From positions 16,250,491 through 16,308,728 of the forward strand of contig NC_057720.1 in assembly GCF_004010195.1 (NCBI RefSeq): 58,238 bases of DNA, in the 5' to 3' direction. The notes beneath the pieces were generated by a model that did no database searches, was not told where the DNA came from, and saw only the letters and a list, made by a program, of their open reading frames with translations. Positions 35,620 to 48,728 of the stretch are shown in pieces (positions within the stretch are counted from its first letter, which is position 1; each line of letters starts with the position of its first letter). The translations under genes were made by a program, and so were the position numbers. This DNA is from Chiloscyllium plagiosum (taxonomy: Eukaryota).

Positions 35620-38090
35620 TCACACAGATAATTGTGGTACAGCTGTGGAATGTGGGAGCTTCATGGACCTGGAAGTGATCCAGAGCAATGTCTAAAACCA
35701 CAGGAACTCTAACTCAGAGTTATTGAACTGCAGGCCAATTGAACACATTGTAACACATTAGGGAGGGAGAAAGATACCTGTAATTTTGTTCCAAAAATCA
35801 ATCATACCCCTCAGAATAACGCCGTCTGATTTCATCAATGGTAAGGGGCAGGAGTGTGCAATCACCAATGAGGAAGATAAGGGGTCAGGAAATTCTATAG
35901 TTCAGGAGCCTCTGCCCTTGCAAACATCTAACAAGTTTAAGGTAGTGATTTATGTGGCTGACATGAGAATCTCTAAGGAGAAGGATTGTACTGACCAGGG
36001 CACCTTGGTTCAGGTTACCTTTCAAGCTGACAGGAGTAAAAGGAATGTAGTGATAGTAGTAGATAGTATAGTGAGAGGGATAGAACATGGTTCTGTGCAG
36101 CCAAGAACATAAATGCAGAAGGCCATGTTATCTCTTATGTTGTATCGAGGTTCAAGACATCTATTCAGGCCTGGACTGGAACTTGGAATGGGAGGATCCA
36201 CTTGTTAAGCTCCATGAATGTATCAATGTCATAGATAGTACTGTACACATTGATTTGCCACATCTACCTTCACTTGATCCCTCACCCCCATTGTTTATTT
36301 TAAAAGCGTCTCTACTTACCTAGTTATACAGTTTATCAGAACATTGATCCCACAGCGGTTTGGGGCTTGGCTGTCCAGTTTCTACCTTCCTCAGTACTGA
36401 AGCCAGTGCTCACAAATCAGTGAATGTGACAAGTGGAGTCCTTCAGGAGTCATTGCCAGGATAGTTTACAATTTATTTCAATGATTTACATCGGGGGTGG
36501 GGGCGGGGGGTAGGCAAACCCTGGTACCAACTTTGCAGATGACACTAAGATAGGTAGTAAAATATATGGTGAGGAGGACATCGGAGTTTTAAACAGATTG
36601 AGTGGGCAAAAATCTGGCAGATGGAATATATAATGAGGGAAAATGTTGTTCACGTTGGCTGGAAGTATAATAAAAGAAAGCATTACTTTAGTGGAGAATG
36701 ATTGCAAAATTTCAAGGTACAGAAAGATCTTGGTGGTCTATGCCTAAGTCACCAAAACATTAGTATGCAGTACAACAAATAAATAAGAATGAAATTTTAG
36801 TGAAAAATCACACAACACCAGGTTATAGTCCAACAGGTTTAATTGGAAGCACACTACCTTTCGGATCATCGCTCCGAAAGCTAGTGTGCTTCCAATTAAA
36901 CCTGTTGGACTATAACCTGGTGTTGTGTGATTTTTAACTTTGTTCACCCCAGTTCAACACCGGCATCTCCAAATCATGAAATTTTAGTGGTATGAAGTGG
37001 TAGGTGCAGATACGGTTACAATATTTAAAAGACATTTGGACAGGTACATGAATAGGAAAATTTTGGAGGGATATGGGCCAAATGCAAATAGGACTAGATT
37101 AGTTTGAGAAACCTGGTCAGCATGGATGAGTTAGACTGAAGGGCCTGTTTCCATGCTGTACGATGTTATTACAACAGGAATTGAACATAAAAGTAGATAC
37201 TTCAGTTCTTCAGAGCTTTGGTGAAACCACCAAACAAAAACCCCAACATTGCAGTGTTGGAGCAAGAGAATGTCTTAGAAGGTTCAAAGACAGAATCAAT
37301 TTGGCTAGAACTTTGGAACAATTGCACTTGGTGTTATCTATAGATCACCTCTAGTGGGAACAAATCTGCAGGGAAATTACATAGAGATATGAAAATTATA
37401 GAGTAGTTATGATGGGGGACTTCAATTAACCAAATCTAAACTGAGATATTGATAATGTAAGGGGCAGCAAGAGCAAATCTTCCAACATTGCATTCAGGAG
37501 AGTGTGATCAGTCCAACAAAGATGATTACGCTGTTTGACTGTGTACTTGGAAATGAGATAGGCCCAGTAAATCATGTGTTAGTGGAGGAACAGCTAAAAG
37601 ACAGTGATCATTGCATTGTAAGGTTCAGGATGATGGAGAATGACATTAGTCAATCTACAGTAGGAAAAATAAATTGGCAAATATCTGACTTTAACAGTGC
37701 AAGAACACAGAATAGACTACAATGAGAGTTTTGAGGGAAAAACTATAACCGAACAATGGGTTGTCTTCAGAAGATATGATTCAGGTACAGTTGTGGTATG
37801 TTTCCTCAGGTAGAAAAAGCAGGACAAACAAATCCAAACCTTCCTAGTTGATAACCAAGGTAGAAATTAAGATACAGAAGAAAAGCTAATGACAGGTGAT
37901 CGGTAGATAATATAATTGAGAAACAAGATGAATGCAGTAGGTTCACAGGTCAGAAAACAAATAAGAAAAACAAAGAGAAATTAGGAGTTAAATGTGGTAG
38001 CCAACATAACGGGATGTCTTTATAACACACAGGCATATAAATTGTAAAAGAAAAGTAGTTAAAGGAGAAGTAAGGTCAATTAAAAATCAA
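35620..38090 (+). mobile_element. Mosaic of decayed CR1 pieces (ORF1 35620-36240; RT 36390-36800; HER1 3' end 36990-37165; endonuclease region 37250-38090)
   Basis: RNVVIVVDSIVRGIE (esterase), NVTSGVLQES and FADDTKIG (RT), VVMMGDFN and DSDHCIVRF (EN). Confidence 0.8.
36803..36975. mobile_element. Near-perfect palindromic PLE-derived mini-element with 14-bp TSD
   Basis: 63-bp arms 36803-36865 and 36873-36935 (1 mismatch), 7-nt loop; atgaaattttagtg at 36789-36802 and 36976-36989. Confidence 0.85.
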
Positions 38091-40413
38091 ACTTGCTCCC
38101 TTTTATCTTTCCTTCTCCCAGACAATCCTATACAATCTCTTAATGTTCCTTAAATCTTTAATTTATTCCAACATTCTACACTCAAGCCATATCCATTCTA
38201 CACTCAAGTACAGAATGGATAAGGCATCTGTGATCACATTGGCTTTTTCAATAAAGCAAATAACATTTATGTTAAATGTTGAAACAACAGGCACCACCTG
38301 AGTCATATTGTATTTGGAGTTTTCAACTTTTCTATGAATGCCAGCAGATCATGGTCAGTATAGATTAATGTTCCTTTGCTATTGTGTCAGGCATAGACTT
38401 CAAAGTGTTGAAGAACCAATAATAATCCCAAAGTCTCCCTATCTGCTGTAAAATACTTTCTCTGATATTGGTTTAGTTTCTTAGAAAAATACCCCTCTGA
38501 CTTTTCTATTCTTGACTCATCACCCTAGAGCAAGCACCCTATGTTTATGCCACAAGCATCATTCACTATGAAGAATCAGGGCTGGCTAACACCATTCATT
38601 TATTAAGATTCCCTTCAGCTTCTCAAAGGCTGCTTTGTATTCTGCTGACAATACCACGTTTGCTTATTCCCCTAACAAATTAGTTAAAGAGACAGCTTTC
38701 ATGCTGAAGTTACACACAAATTTCTGGTAAACCCCACACATTTCCAAAATAATTATTCTTTCCAATTTAGTTTTAGTTATGAGAAATTCCAATGAAGCCT
38801 TCACTTGCACTATTTTTGGCAATACTTGCCCTTGTCCCAGGATATGTCTTGGGTGAGTTATTCTTGCTTTTGCAAATTCACTTTTGGCTAAAGTAATTAC
38901 TAAGCCTGCTAATTGTGTTTGCTTTAAATGGTCTTCTAATTGTCTTAAATGCACTTACCATGTGTTACCGTATGCTATAAGACTGTCCAAATAGACTTCA
39001 CAGTTAAGTACTTCAACTACAACTTGATTTATAAGTATTTAGAACATGGCTTGGATGCTTTATAAACCAAAAGCCATCACTTCACATTGGTATAATCCAT
39101 TTGGTGTGATAAAAGCAAATATCACTTTAGCCCTTGATATTAATGGTACTTGCCAATACCTCAGCAATAGATTAATCTTAGGAAGAAATGTGGCACTGTA
39201 CAATCTTCGAATGATGGAGCTGGATATGCATTCATATTTCTGAAGTTGATACAGAATTTTATGGATCCATCCACTTTCGGAACCAACATAGTTACATGGC
39301 TTAACTGATTCTTCTTCCACCAATCAGGAATATCAAATAGTCTTTTATTTACTAAACCTCCGTATTAACTTGCATGGACCACTGAAATTCACTTTCAGAC
39401 GCTTACCCTGAAAAAGCAACAAGCTGAATACTTTATTTTCTGCTTGAAATGTTCTAGTTGTAGCATGTTTGTCTTCCCATCCTTGCATTTTTGCCTGACG
39501 AACTCTTAAATGTTTTTGTGCTCCTTTACGTGCTCCTGCAAGTCTTTCTAGAAGATGAAAGACCTGTAAGCCAACATTGAGGATCCATCTTTTCACCTTA
39601 GTACATTTCCTTAATCAATTTTAATGGACCTCTTGCCTTATGGCCATAGATAATTTCAAATGAACTAAATCTAATGGATTATTTGGGGAATTTCTGGTGA
39701 CAAATAATGAGAAATCTAATCCTTTGTCCTAATCCTTTGGGTATTCAACGCAGCCTATCTTAATCATACTTTTGAGAGGCTGATGGTAGCTCTCCAAAGC
39801 TCCTTGTGTTCACAGGTGATTTGTAGTTGGCTTCAATTATTTTGCACCTGAATTGTTCATGATGTCCTGGAAAATTTCAGACACAAATTTAGAACCCTGG
39901 TCAGATTGCATCTCAATTGGGAGACTATAATGAGTAAAAATCTCAATTAATTTTTCTACTACTACCTTAGTTGTCATTGTCCTTTATTAAAAAAGGCTCT
40001 GGAAGTCAGGTTGTCATATGCATATTTATAAGTATACACTAGTGTCCTGCTTTTGTTTTTGTTAATGGTCCTAAACAACTTATTAACAAAAACTGGTTTG
40101 GGTCATAGAGATATTACCTGTTGAGATTTTCCTACTACCTGACATTCATGACATGTTTTATAGAATTATGCTATGTTCTTATGAAATCACAGCCAGGTAA
40201 AATACCTTTTTTATCAATGCTTGCACTTTTTATCCCTACATGTCTTTCCTTAGGAATTTAATCTGTCACTCACAATACCTGCTTGCAATATCTGGGCAAT
40301 ACCAATACTTGATGAACAACCACCCATTCTTCATTCACAAATCCTCATTAGAATTCCATTGTAAATATAAATCGCACTCCAGAACTCTTTCAGTCTCAGC
40401 TTCAGTGTGAGCT

Positions 40414-40621
40414 AAGTCAGAAGTCATATGACACCAGGTTATAGTCCAACAGGTTTATTTGAAATCATAAGCTTTCGAAGCACTGCTCATTTGTCACTTC
40501 ACCTGATGAAGGAGCAGAGCTCCAAAAGATTGTGATATCAAACTAAAGCTGTTGGACGATAACTTGATATCATGTGACTTCTGATTTTTTTTCACCCCAT
40601 TCCAACACTGGATCCTCCACA
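40414..40621. mobile_element. Palindromic PLE-derived mini-element with hammerhead motif, inserted in Gypsy pol
   Basis: Same family as 36803-36975; arms ~40414-40488 and ~40511-40587; ctgatgaaggagcagagctccaaaag at 40503; TSD tcagtgtga(g/a)ct at 40402-40413 and 40622-40633. Confidence 0.8.
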
Positions 40622-41289
40622 TCAGTGTGAACTGACTGTGCCAGTTTATTAACTTTGGATCTGCTTTCTGAGTCTCAAATCATGAAGGCAAGTCAAACAT
40701 TTCTTCGGGACTATCCTTCTTCTTCACTAATAGAGTTTGAGCTATCCTATCATCAGCTTGTAGTAGAGCCTTGACTTCTGCTGACAGACTTTGTTTAGCG
40801 TTGCTTTGGTCACTACACACAATGGAAAAATACCAGAACCTGTTCTTGAATTGTCTTTGACCTCACCCAAACTTTCCATGGTCATAGGCAAAGTTACATT
40901 CCAGCCAAATGATTTCTCAAGAATAAATCAACTCATCCATAGGTAATTTCTTATTTACCCCTACTACCAATGGTGCAGACAATGAGTCACACTTCAATTT
41001 GACCTAATACAATGACACCAGGATATAGTCTCTACTTATGCCATTTACTAACATATTAGTTTTCAATGAAATCTCTGGACAGAAAACCAAATCTTTCTCC
41101 AGCAAAAGATTTTGACTTGCCTCTGTGTGCCTTCATATAGTTATGGGTTTGGCTGCATCGGTAGACAAAAGAAAAGGGTTATCTTCACTGGAGATAAAAA
41201 CGTTTTATATTTCTCTCTGCTATATTTACTTCTACTGCACTCACAGCAGTATCTACCTTGAGTCTCTTAGTTGTGGTTAAAGTTGATTG

Positions 41290-42015
41290 AAACATGGAAA
41301 TAGAAAATAGTAGCAGGATTAGATCCTTTGAGCCTGCTCCACCATTCAATATGATCATGGCTGATCGTTCAATTCATTTCCCATGTTCTCACAATACCCT
41401 TTGAGGCCTTGAACCTTCTGGAAAGCATTCAATATCTTGGCCTCAACCAATTACTGTGGTGGAGAATTCCACAAGTTCACCACCCTGTAGTTGAAGAAAT
41501 TTCTCCTTACCTTCATCTTACCCTGTATCCTTAGAATATGACCCCTCATTTTGGACTCCCAGTAATAATGAACACCCTTCTTGCCTCTAACCTGTCTAAT
41601 CATAGTAGAATTTTAAGGGTTTGTATGAGACCAGTGAATATAGTCCTGGCCAATCCAGTCTCTGTTCTTACATCAGTCCTATTGTCTCAGGAATCAGTCC
41701 AATAATTCTTTGTTGCACTCCCTCCATCACCAGAACATCCTTCCATAAATAAGGAGACCAAAACTGCACCTAATACTTTGGGTGTGGTCTCACCAAGGTT
41801 GATTGCAACAAGACATCCATGCTCCTGTACTCAAATCCTTTCACCATGACAGCCAACACACCATCTGTCTTTTTCGCTGCCTGCTGTACGTGCATGCTTA
41901 CTTTCAGCGATTGCTGCACAAGGACTACCAGGATTGCTTTCAGTTGCTCTTTCCTAATCTACCACCATTCAGATAACAAACTGCCTTCCTCTTTTTCCTG
42001 TTTTGATGCACAGCA
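41290..42015 (-). mobile_element. CR1 LINE 3' fragment nested in the Gypsy element
   Basis: Minus strand LVRPHP...FFNYRVVNLWNSP; 3' tail at 41290-41370. Confidence 0.85.
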
Positions 42016-42637
42016 TTTACCTTCCTCTTTTTGGATTAATTCTATGGGCTTTCTTCACAGCTTGCAGAATTCTGAACAAATGTTTCACGCCGTGGAAACA
42101 CTTAGTCCTTTGATTTTCACCTCCCCCCTCAGTAATTTCCTTGCTGGTCTGAGGAGGAGATCTTGGGGCATTCCCAGCGTTCCATCTTTACCTGAGCCAA
42201 TTGTTTTAGTTTTACTTTCATACTTGCTTCCCTTTCAAATTTATGGAAGTGATAGGAAAAGGTTTAATTTGATGGACGAATTCATAATTGTCAGCCATTA
42301 CGACTGCCTGGTGAGCAGTTGCAACACTTTGGTCTTCAACATGGGTTCCAACTGAGGTTTTAAATTCTTCCTAGAGAATGGTGTCCATAAGGGTATCATA
42401 CTTGGTTTCAATTTCTAATACTCATACCAACCTGTCAAAACTACTTCACTAAAACCTTTCAAACTCAATGTAGAATTTCCCAGACTGTTTCCTCAAATCT
42501 CAAAGCCATTGCCGATATGTCTCATGCACAAACTTGCCAGTATAGCCAGTATAGTTCTGTTTACAGCATCGTAATGTCTAGAAACCTCCTTTGACCTTGA
42601 ATCATCAATTTATTGTACCTTTCAATTTGGTCTGTAT

Positions 42638-43015
42638 AGAGTCATAGGTCCAACTCATCCGTGTCAACCAGATATCCTAAATTAATCTAGCCCCATTTGC
42701 CAGCACTTGGCCTATATCCCTCTATGGGCCTATTCATATTCATATACCCATCCAGATGTCTTTTAAATGCTGTAATTGTACCAGTCTCCACCATTTCATC
42801 GGGCAGCTCATTCCATACACGTACCACCCTTTGCGTGAAAAGGTTTCCCCTTAGGTCCCTTGTAAATTTGTCCCCTCTCACCCTAAACCTATGTCCTCTA
42901 GTTCTGTATTCCCCCAACACAGGGGTGTTACTCTCATGATATTTACTCTATTGATGCCCCTCATGAATTTATAAACTTTTATAAAGTCACCCCCTCAGCC
43001 TCCAACTCTCCAGGG
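42638..43015 (-). mobile_element. HER1-like CR1 3' end
   Basis: RTRGHRFRVRGDKFTRDLRGNLFTQRVVRVWNELP...FKRHLDGYM (42687-42920); tail ctatgactctat. Confidence 0.9.
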
Positions 43016-45698
43016 ATATTGTGGCCATTTCAGAGACATGGCTAGAGGAGGGACAGGAATGATTTTTGCAGATTCTGAGATTTAGATGTTTTAGCAAGAA
43101 CAGAGATGATGGTGAAAGAAGGGGGAGGTGTGGCATTGTTAATCAACGGTAGTATTACAGCAGCTGAGAGAACATTTGAGGACTCATCCACTGAGGTAGT
43201 TTGGGCTGAGGTTAGAAACAGGAAAGGCAAAGTCACCCTGTTGGGATTTTTCCAGGGATGTAGGGGAAAGGATAGCAAAGATGATTCTCGATAGGAGCGA
43301 GAGTAACAGGGTAGTTGTTATGGGGGACTTTAACTTTCTGGGAATACTATAGTTCAAGTAGTTTAGATGGGCCAGTCTTTGTTCAATGTGTGCAGGAGGG
43401 TTTTCAACACAGAATGTAGACAGGTCAACAAGGGGATATTGGATTTGGTAGTGGGGAATGAACCAGGCCAGGTGTTAGATTTGGAGTTAGGTGAGCACTT
43501 TGGCAATAGTGACCATAATTTGGTTATGTTTACAATAGCAATGGGCAGGGATAGGTATAAATCGCAGGGAAAGAGGTATAACTGGGGGAAAGGCAATTAT
43601 GATGCGATTAGGCAAGATTTAGAATGGACACACTTGAAATGTGGAGCTTAGTCAAGGAACAGCTACTGCGGGCCCTTGATAAGTATATACCTATCAGGCA
43701 GGGAGGTAATTGTCGAGAGAGGGAGCCATGGTATATTAAAGAGGTTGAAGCTCTTGTCAAGAGGAAGAAGAAGCTTATGTGAGGATGAGGCGTGAAGGCT
43801 CAGTCAAGGGGATTGATAGTTATAAGTTAGCCAGAAAAGATCTAAAGAGAGGGCTAAGAAAAGCCAGGAGGGTACATGAGAAGTTGTTGGGGGATAGAAT
43901 CAAGGAAAAACCAAAAGCCTTCTATAGGTATATCAGGAATAAAAGAATGACTAGAGTAAGATGAGGGCCAATCAAAGATAGTCATGGAAAGTTGTGTGTT
44001 GTATCTGAGGATATAGGGGAAGTGCTTGATGAATATTTTTCATCAGCATTCACATTGGAAAAGGGCAATGTTACTGAGAATACGGAGATACAGACTACAA
44101 GGTTAGATGGGATTGAGGTTGTCAAAGAGGAGGTTTTAGCAATTTTGAAAGGTCTGAAAATAGATAAGACCCTTGGGCCAGATGGGATTTATCCTTGGAT
44201 TCTCTGGGAAGTCCAGAGAGGAGATTGCAGAGCCTTTGGCTTCGATCTTTATGTCATCATTGTTAACAGGAGTAGTGCCAGCAGATTAGAGGATAGCAAA
44301 TGTTGTTCCTTTGTTTAAGAAGGGAAATCGAGACAACCCTGATAATTATAGGTCAGTGAACCTTACTTCTGGTTGTGGGTAAGATGTTGGAAAAGGTTAC
44401 AAGAGATAGGATTTATAATCATCTGGAAAGCATTAATTTGATTAGGGATAGTCAACATGGTTTTGTGAAGGATAGGTCGTGCTTCACTAACCTTATTGAA
44501 TCCTTCGAGAAGGTGACAAAATAGGTGGATGAAGGTAAAGCGGTTGATGTGATGTTTATGGACTTCAGTAAGGTATTGATAAGGTTCCACACAGTAGGCT
44601 ATTGCACAAAATACGGAGTTTCAGGCTTGAAAGTGATTTAGCAAATTGGATCAGAAATTAGCTTACTGAAAGAAGACAGAGGGTGGTGGTTGATGGAAAA
44701 TGTTCATCCTGGAGCTCAGTTACCAGTGGTGTGCTGCAAGGATCTGTTTGGGGCCACTGCTGTTTGTCATTTTCATAAATGATCTGGATGTGGACGTAGA
44801 AGGATGGGTTAGTAAATTTTCGGATGACACTGAGGTAGGCAGAGTTATGGATAGTGCTGAAGGATGTTGTGGGCTACAGAGCAAGGTTGGGCTGAGAAAT
44901 GGCAAATGGAGTTTAATGCAGAAAAATGTGAGGTAGTTAACTTTGGAAGAAGTAACGGGAATGCAGATTCTGGTTTAATGGTAAAATTCTTGACAGTGTA
45001 GACGAACAGAGAGATCTTGGTGTCCAGGTGCATAAATCCCTGAAAGTCGCCACCCAGATTGATAGGGTTGTTAAGAAGACATATGGTGTTTTGTTGTTTA
45101 TTGGCAGGGGGATTGAGTTTTGGAGCCATGAGGTCATGCTTCAGCTGTACAAGACATTGGTAAAGCCGCACCTGGAGTATTGTGTGCAGTTCTGGTCACC
45201 ACATTATAAGAAGGATGTGGAAGCTTTGGAAAGGGTGCAGAGGAGATTTACGAGGATGTTGCCTGGTATGGAAGGAAGGTCTTATGAGGAAAGGTTGAGG
45301 GAACTGAGGCTGCTTTTGGTGGAGAGAAGAAGATTGAGAGGTGACTTAATCGAGATGTATTAGATAATCCGAGGGTTAGATAGGGTGGACAATGAGAGTC
45401 TTTTTCTTCGGATGGTGAAGGCTAACATGAGGGGACATTGCTTTAAATTGAGGAATGATAGATTTAGGACAGATATTAGGGGTAGTTTCTTCATTCAGAG
45501 AGCAGTAGGGTCATGGAACAACCTGCCTGCATTAATAGTAGACTCGCTGATGTTAGGGACATTTAAATGGGCATTGGACATACACATGGATAATAATGGA
45601 ATAGTGTACGTTAGATGGGCATCAGATTATTTTCACAGGTTGGCACAACATCAAGGGCCGAAGGGCCTGTACTGCGCTGCAACATTCTATGTTCTATG
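43016..45698 (+). mobile_element. CR1 LINE ORF2 (EN + RT, frameshifted) with 3' UTR
   Basis: DIVAISETWL, GGGVALL, MGDFNF, GNSDHN, KPKAFYRYI, SKFSDDT, LYKTLVKPHLEYCVQFWSPHY; tail ttctatgttctatg. Confidence 0.95.
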
Positions 45699-46861
45699 AA
45701 ACCAGCTCCAGCCTATTCAGCCTCTCTGTTGAGCTGTATGTGCAATGTTCAGTGTTCCTCTGCACAGTGTAAATGCCCCCATATCCTTTTCCACAAATTT
45801 TAGCAGGATGTGTACAAAAGTAAACATTTTCTTACTTATCAGCTCCTACATTAGCATCTGTGGCTTTTCTTTAAACTCTTGCATTTTAAGTTTAAATTTG
45901 TGTTCTCACTCCTCATCTTTCCTCTTGTAATTCTGATTCCAGTTGTGTCATTTCCTCATGTCTTCCAATTTCTCAGTCTGTCAGTAATGTTTTCATTCTC
46001 TCTTCATGCTCAAGCTGCTTTCACTGTAACTCAAATTTATTTGAATCCGAATTTGAATTTGACTATCCAGAGCACACGGTGTCCCTTATATTCCTGTTAA
46101 ACCCAAAGTCTGCAGCAGCCCTTGAATATGCCTCTGTCTTCACGTGAGCACGCATTTCCACTCCTACCTTACTTGATAATTCAATTAATGTAACTTTTGT
46201 ATTTCACATCCATCAGGATTAACTCTGCCACCTGCAGGAATTCTCTAGCAGTTTTGACGGCTATTTCATACACAGAACTTGGTGCTTCTTCTAAATTTGT
46301 TTTTCTTTTCACTCACCTTGTGGGATGTGACTGTTGCTGGCCGGGTTAACATTTATTGTCCTTGAGAAGGTGGTGATGGGCTGCCTTCTTGAACTGCTGC
46401 AGTCCACGTGCTGTAGGTTGATCCACAGTGCTTTTAGGGAGGGAATTCCAGAATTTTGATCTAACAACACTGAGACATATTTTCAAATCAAGATGAAGAG
46501 TGGGTTAGAAGTGGTGGTGTTCCCATGCAGTTGCTGTCCTTTTCCTCCTAGATGGAAGTGGTCATGGGTTTGTGAAAGTGCTGTCTGAGGATCGTTGGTG
46601 AATTCTGCAGTTCATCATGTAGATAGTACACACTGCTCTATCTACATCATTGTGGAGGGAATGGATTCTTGTGGACTTGATGCCAATCAAGTGGACTGTT
46701 TTGTCCTGATGGTTTCAAGCTCCATGAGAGTTGTTGGAATTGCATTCATCCAGGCAAGTGGGGAGTATTCCATCACACTCTGGACTTGTGCCTTGTACAT
46801 AGTGGACACTTTATAGCAGTTCAGGAAGTGAACTTACTCACTGCAGAATTTCTAGCTTCTG

Positions 46862-46927
46862 GGCAGAGGGTTGGTGTGCACACGATGGACGAAATGGCCT
46901 GCTTCCACACTGTAAGGATTCTATGAA
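46862..46927 (+). mobile_element. HE1 SINE 3' tail fragment
   Basis: agggttggtgtgcacacgatggacgaaatggcctgcttccacactgtaaggattctatga, nearly the same as 34348-34405. Confidence 0.75.
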
Positions 46928-46951
46928 CTCTTGTAACCATAGTACTTATGT

Positions 46952-47070
46952 AGGCAAAAGAGGACTACAGATGCTGGAAATCAGAATTTAGATCAGAGTG
47001 GTGCTAGAAAAGCACAGCAGGTCAGGCAGCATCCGAAGAGCAGGAAAATCAACGTTTCCTTCATCAAGAA
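46952..47070 (-). mobile_element. Short PLE pLTR insertion with 8-bp TSD acttatgt
   Basis: Reverse complement of 1-117; TSD at 46944-46951 and 47071-47078. Confidence 0.75.
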
Positions 47071-47664
47071 ACTTATGTTATGTGGCTAGTCCAGTTCTGT
47101 TTCTGGTCAATGGCAACCCCCAAGATGTTGATTGTGGAGGATTCAGTGATCATAATGATATTGGATGTCAAGGGCAATGGTTGTCTCTTATTGGAGATGC
47201 TCATTGCATGGCATTTATGTGATGCAAATGTTACTCACCACTTTTCAGCACATGCCTGGATATTGTCCAGATCTTGTTGCATTTGAATATGGACTGCTTC
47301 AGTATCTGAGGAGTTGTGCATGATGCTCTACATTGTGCAGTCAGTGATCAATCAATTCCAACCAGCAAAGAGTTTGCCTCCTGAGACCCATTGACGCCAG
47401 TCTGCTGGGGCTCCTTGATGCTACACTCGGTCAAATGCAGTCTTGATGTCAAAGGCTGTCACTATCACCTCACCTCTGGAATTCAGCTCTTTTGTCCACG
47501 TTTGAACCAAGGCTGTAAAGAGGTCAGAAACTGAGTAGCCCTCGCAGAACCCAAACTGAGCATGTTATTGCTGAGCAGGTGCTGCTTGATATCACTGTGG
47601 ATAACACCTTCCATCACTTTACTGATGATGGAGAGTAGACTGATGGGATGGTATTTGACTCAAA

Positions 47665-48567
47665 GAAAAAGGAGAAAAAAAGAAAATTACAGTGCTGGAA
47701 CAGGCCCTTCAGCCCTCTAAGCCTGCTCTAATCCAGATCCTCTGTCTAAACCTGTCACCTATTTTCTAAGGATCTGTATCCCTTTGCTCCCTGCTTAGAT
47801 GTTTAGATACATCTTAAATGACGTTATCGTGCCCGCCTCTAACACCTCAACTGACAGTGCATTCCAGGTGCCCACTACCTTCTGCATAAAGAAATTTCCA
47901 CACATATCTCCCTTGAACTTTTCCTCTCTCACTTTCAAATTGTGACCACTAGTAATTCAGTCCCCACTCTGGGAAAAAGCTTCTTGCTTTCCATCCTGTC
48001 TATACCCCTGCATGATTTTGTAGACTTCAATCAGGATCCCCCTCAACCTCCATCTTTCTAATGAAAATAACCCTAATCTACTCAACCTCTCTTCGTAGCT
48101 AGCACACTCCATGCCAGGCAACATCCTATTGAACCTACTCTGCACACTCTCCAAAGCGTCCACATCCTTTTGGTAATGTAGTGACCAGAACTGCAATATT
48201 CAAAATGTGGCCAAACCAAAGTCTTAAACAACGGTAACATGACCTGCCAACTCTTGTACTCAATACTCTATCCGATGAAGGAAAGCAAGCCATATGCCTT
48301 CTTGACCATTCTATTGACCAATGTTGCCACCTTCAAGGAATGCTGGACCTGAACACCTAGATCCTTCTGTACATCAATTTTGCCCAGGACTTTTCCATTT
48401 ATTGTATAGTTCACTCTTGAATTAGATCTTCTAAAATGCATCGCCTCGCATTTGCCTGGATTGAACTCCATCTGCCATTTATCGGCCCATCTCTCCAAGT
48501 TATCTATATTCTGCTGTGTTCTCTGACAGTCCCCTGCTACTCTATCAACCTTAGTGTCATCTGTCAA
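47665..48567 (-). mobile_element. CR1 LINE 3' portion
   Basis: DDTKVDRV...WADKWQMEFNPGKCEAMHF (48268-48615); QFWSLHYQKDVDALESVQSRFNRMLPG (47957-48196). Confidence 0.9.
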
Positions 48568-48710
48568 CTCGGTTGGATTTGTCCTGCTTTCTGTACATAG
48601 GACATACTTGGGCAATTTTCCACATCGTCACATAGATGCCAGTACAGTAACTTTGTTTTATCACATACTAACAATACATCCCAAATCCTCACTGCCTCTG
48701 TGTCAAAACA

Positions 48711-48728
48711 ATCCCAAAAGAACCTCCA
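48711..48728 (-). promoter_or_regulatory. Degenerate tRNA-Pro primer-binding site of the Gypsy element
   Basis: Minus strand TGGAGGTTCTTTTGGGAT versus TGGGGGCTCGTCCGGGAT (13/18), a few bases after the LTR end ...ccatgaCA at 48735. Confidence 0.55.

Larger units (their letters stand above)
46300..48640 (-). mobile_element. Second-family CR1/L2-group LINE, 3' half, nested in the Gypsy 5' region and itself interrupted
   Basis: Homologous to 52390-54790; YKAQVQSVMEYSPLAW and ALDIKTAFDRV on the minus strand; sequence resumes at 48568 after a CR1 insertion. Confidence 0.8.
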
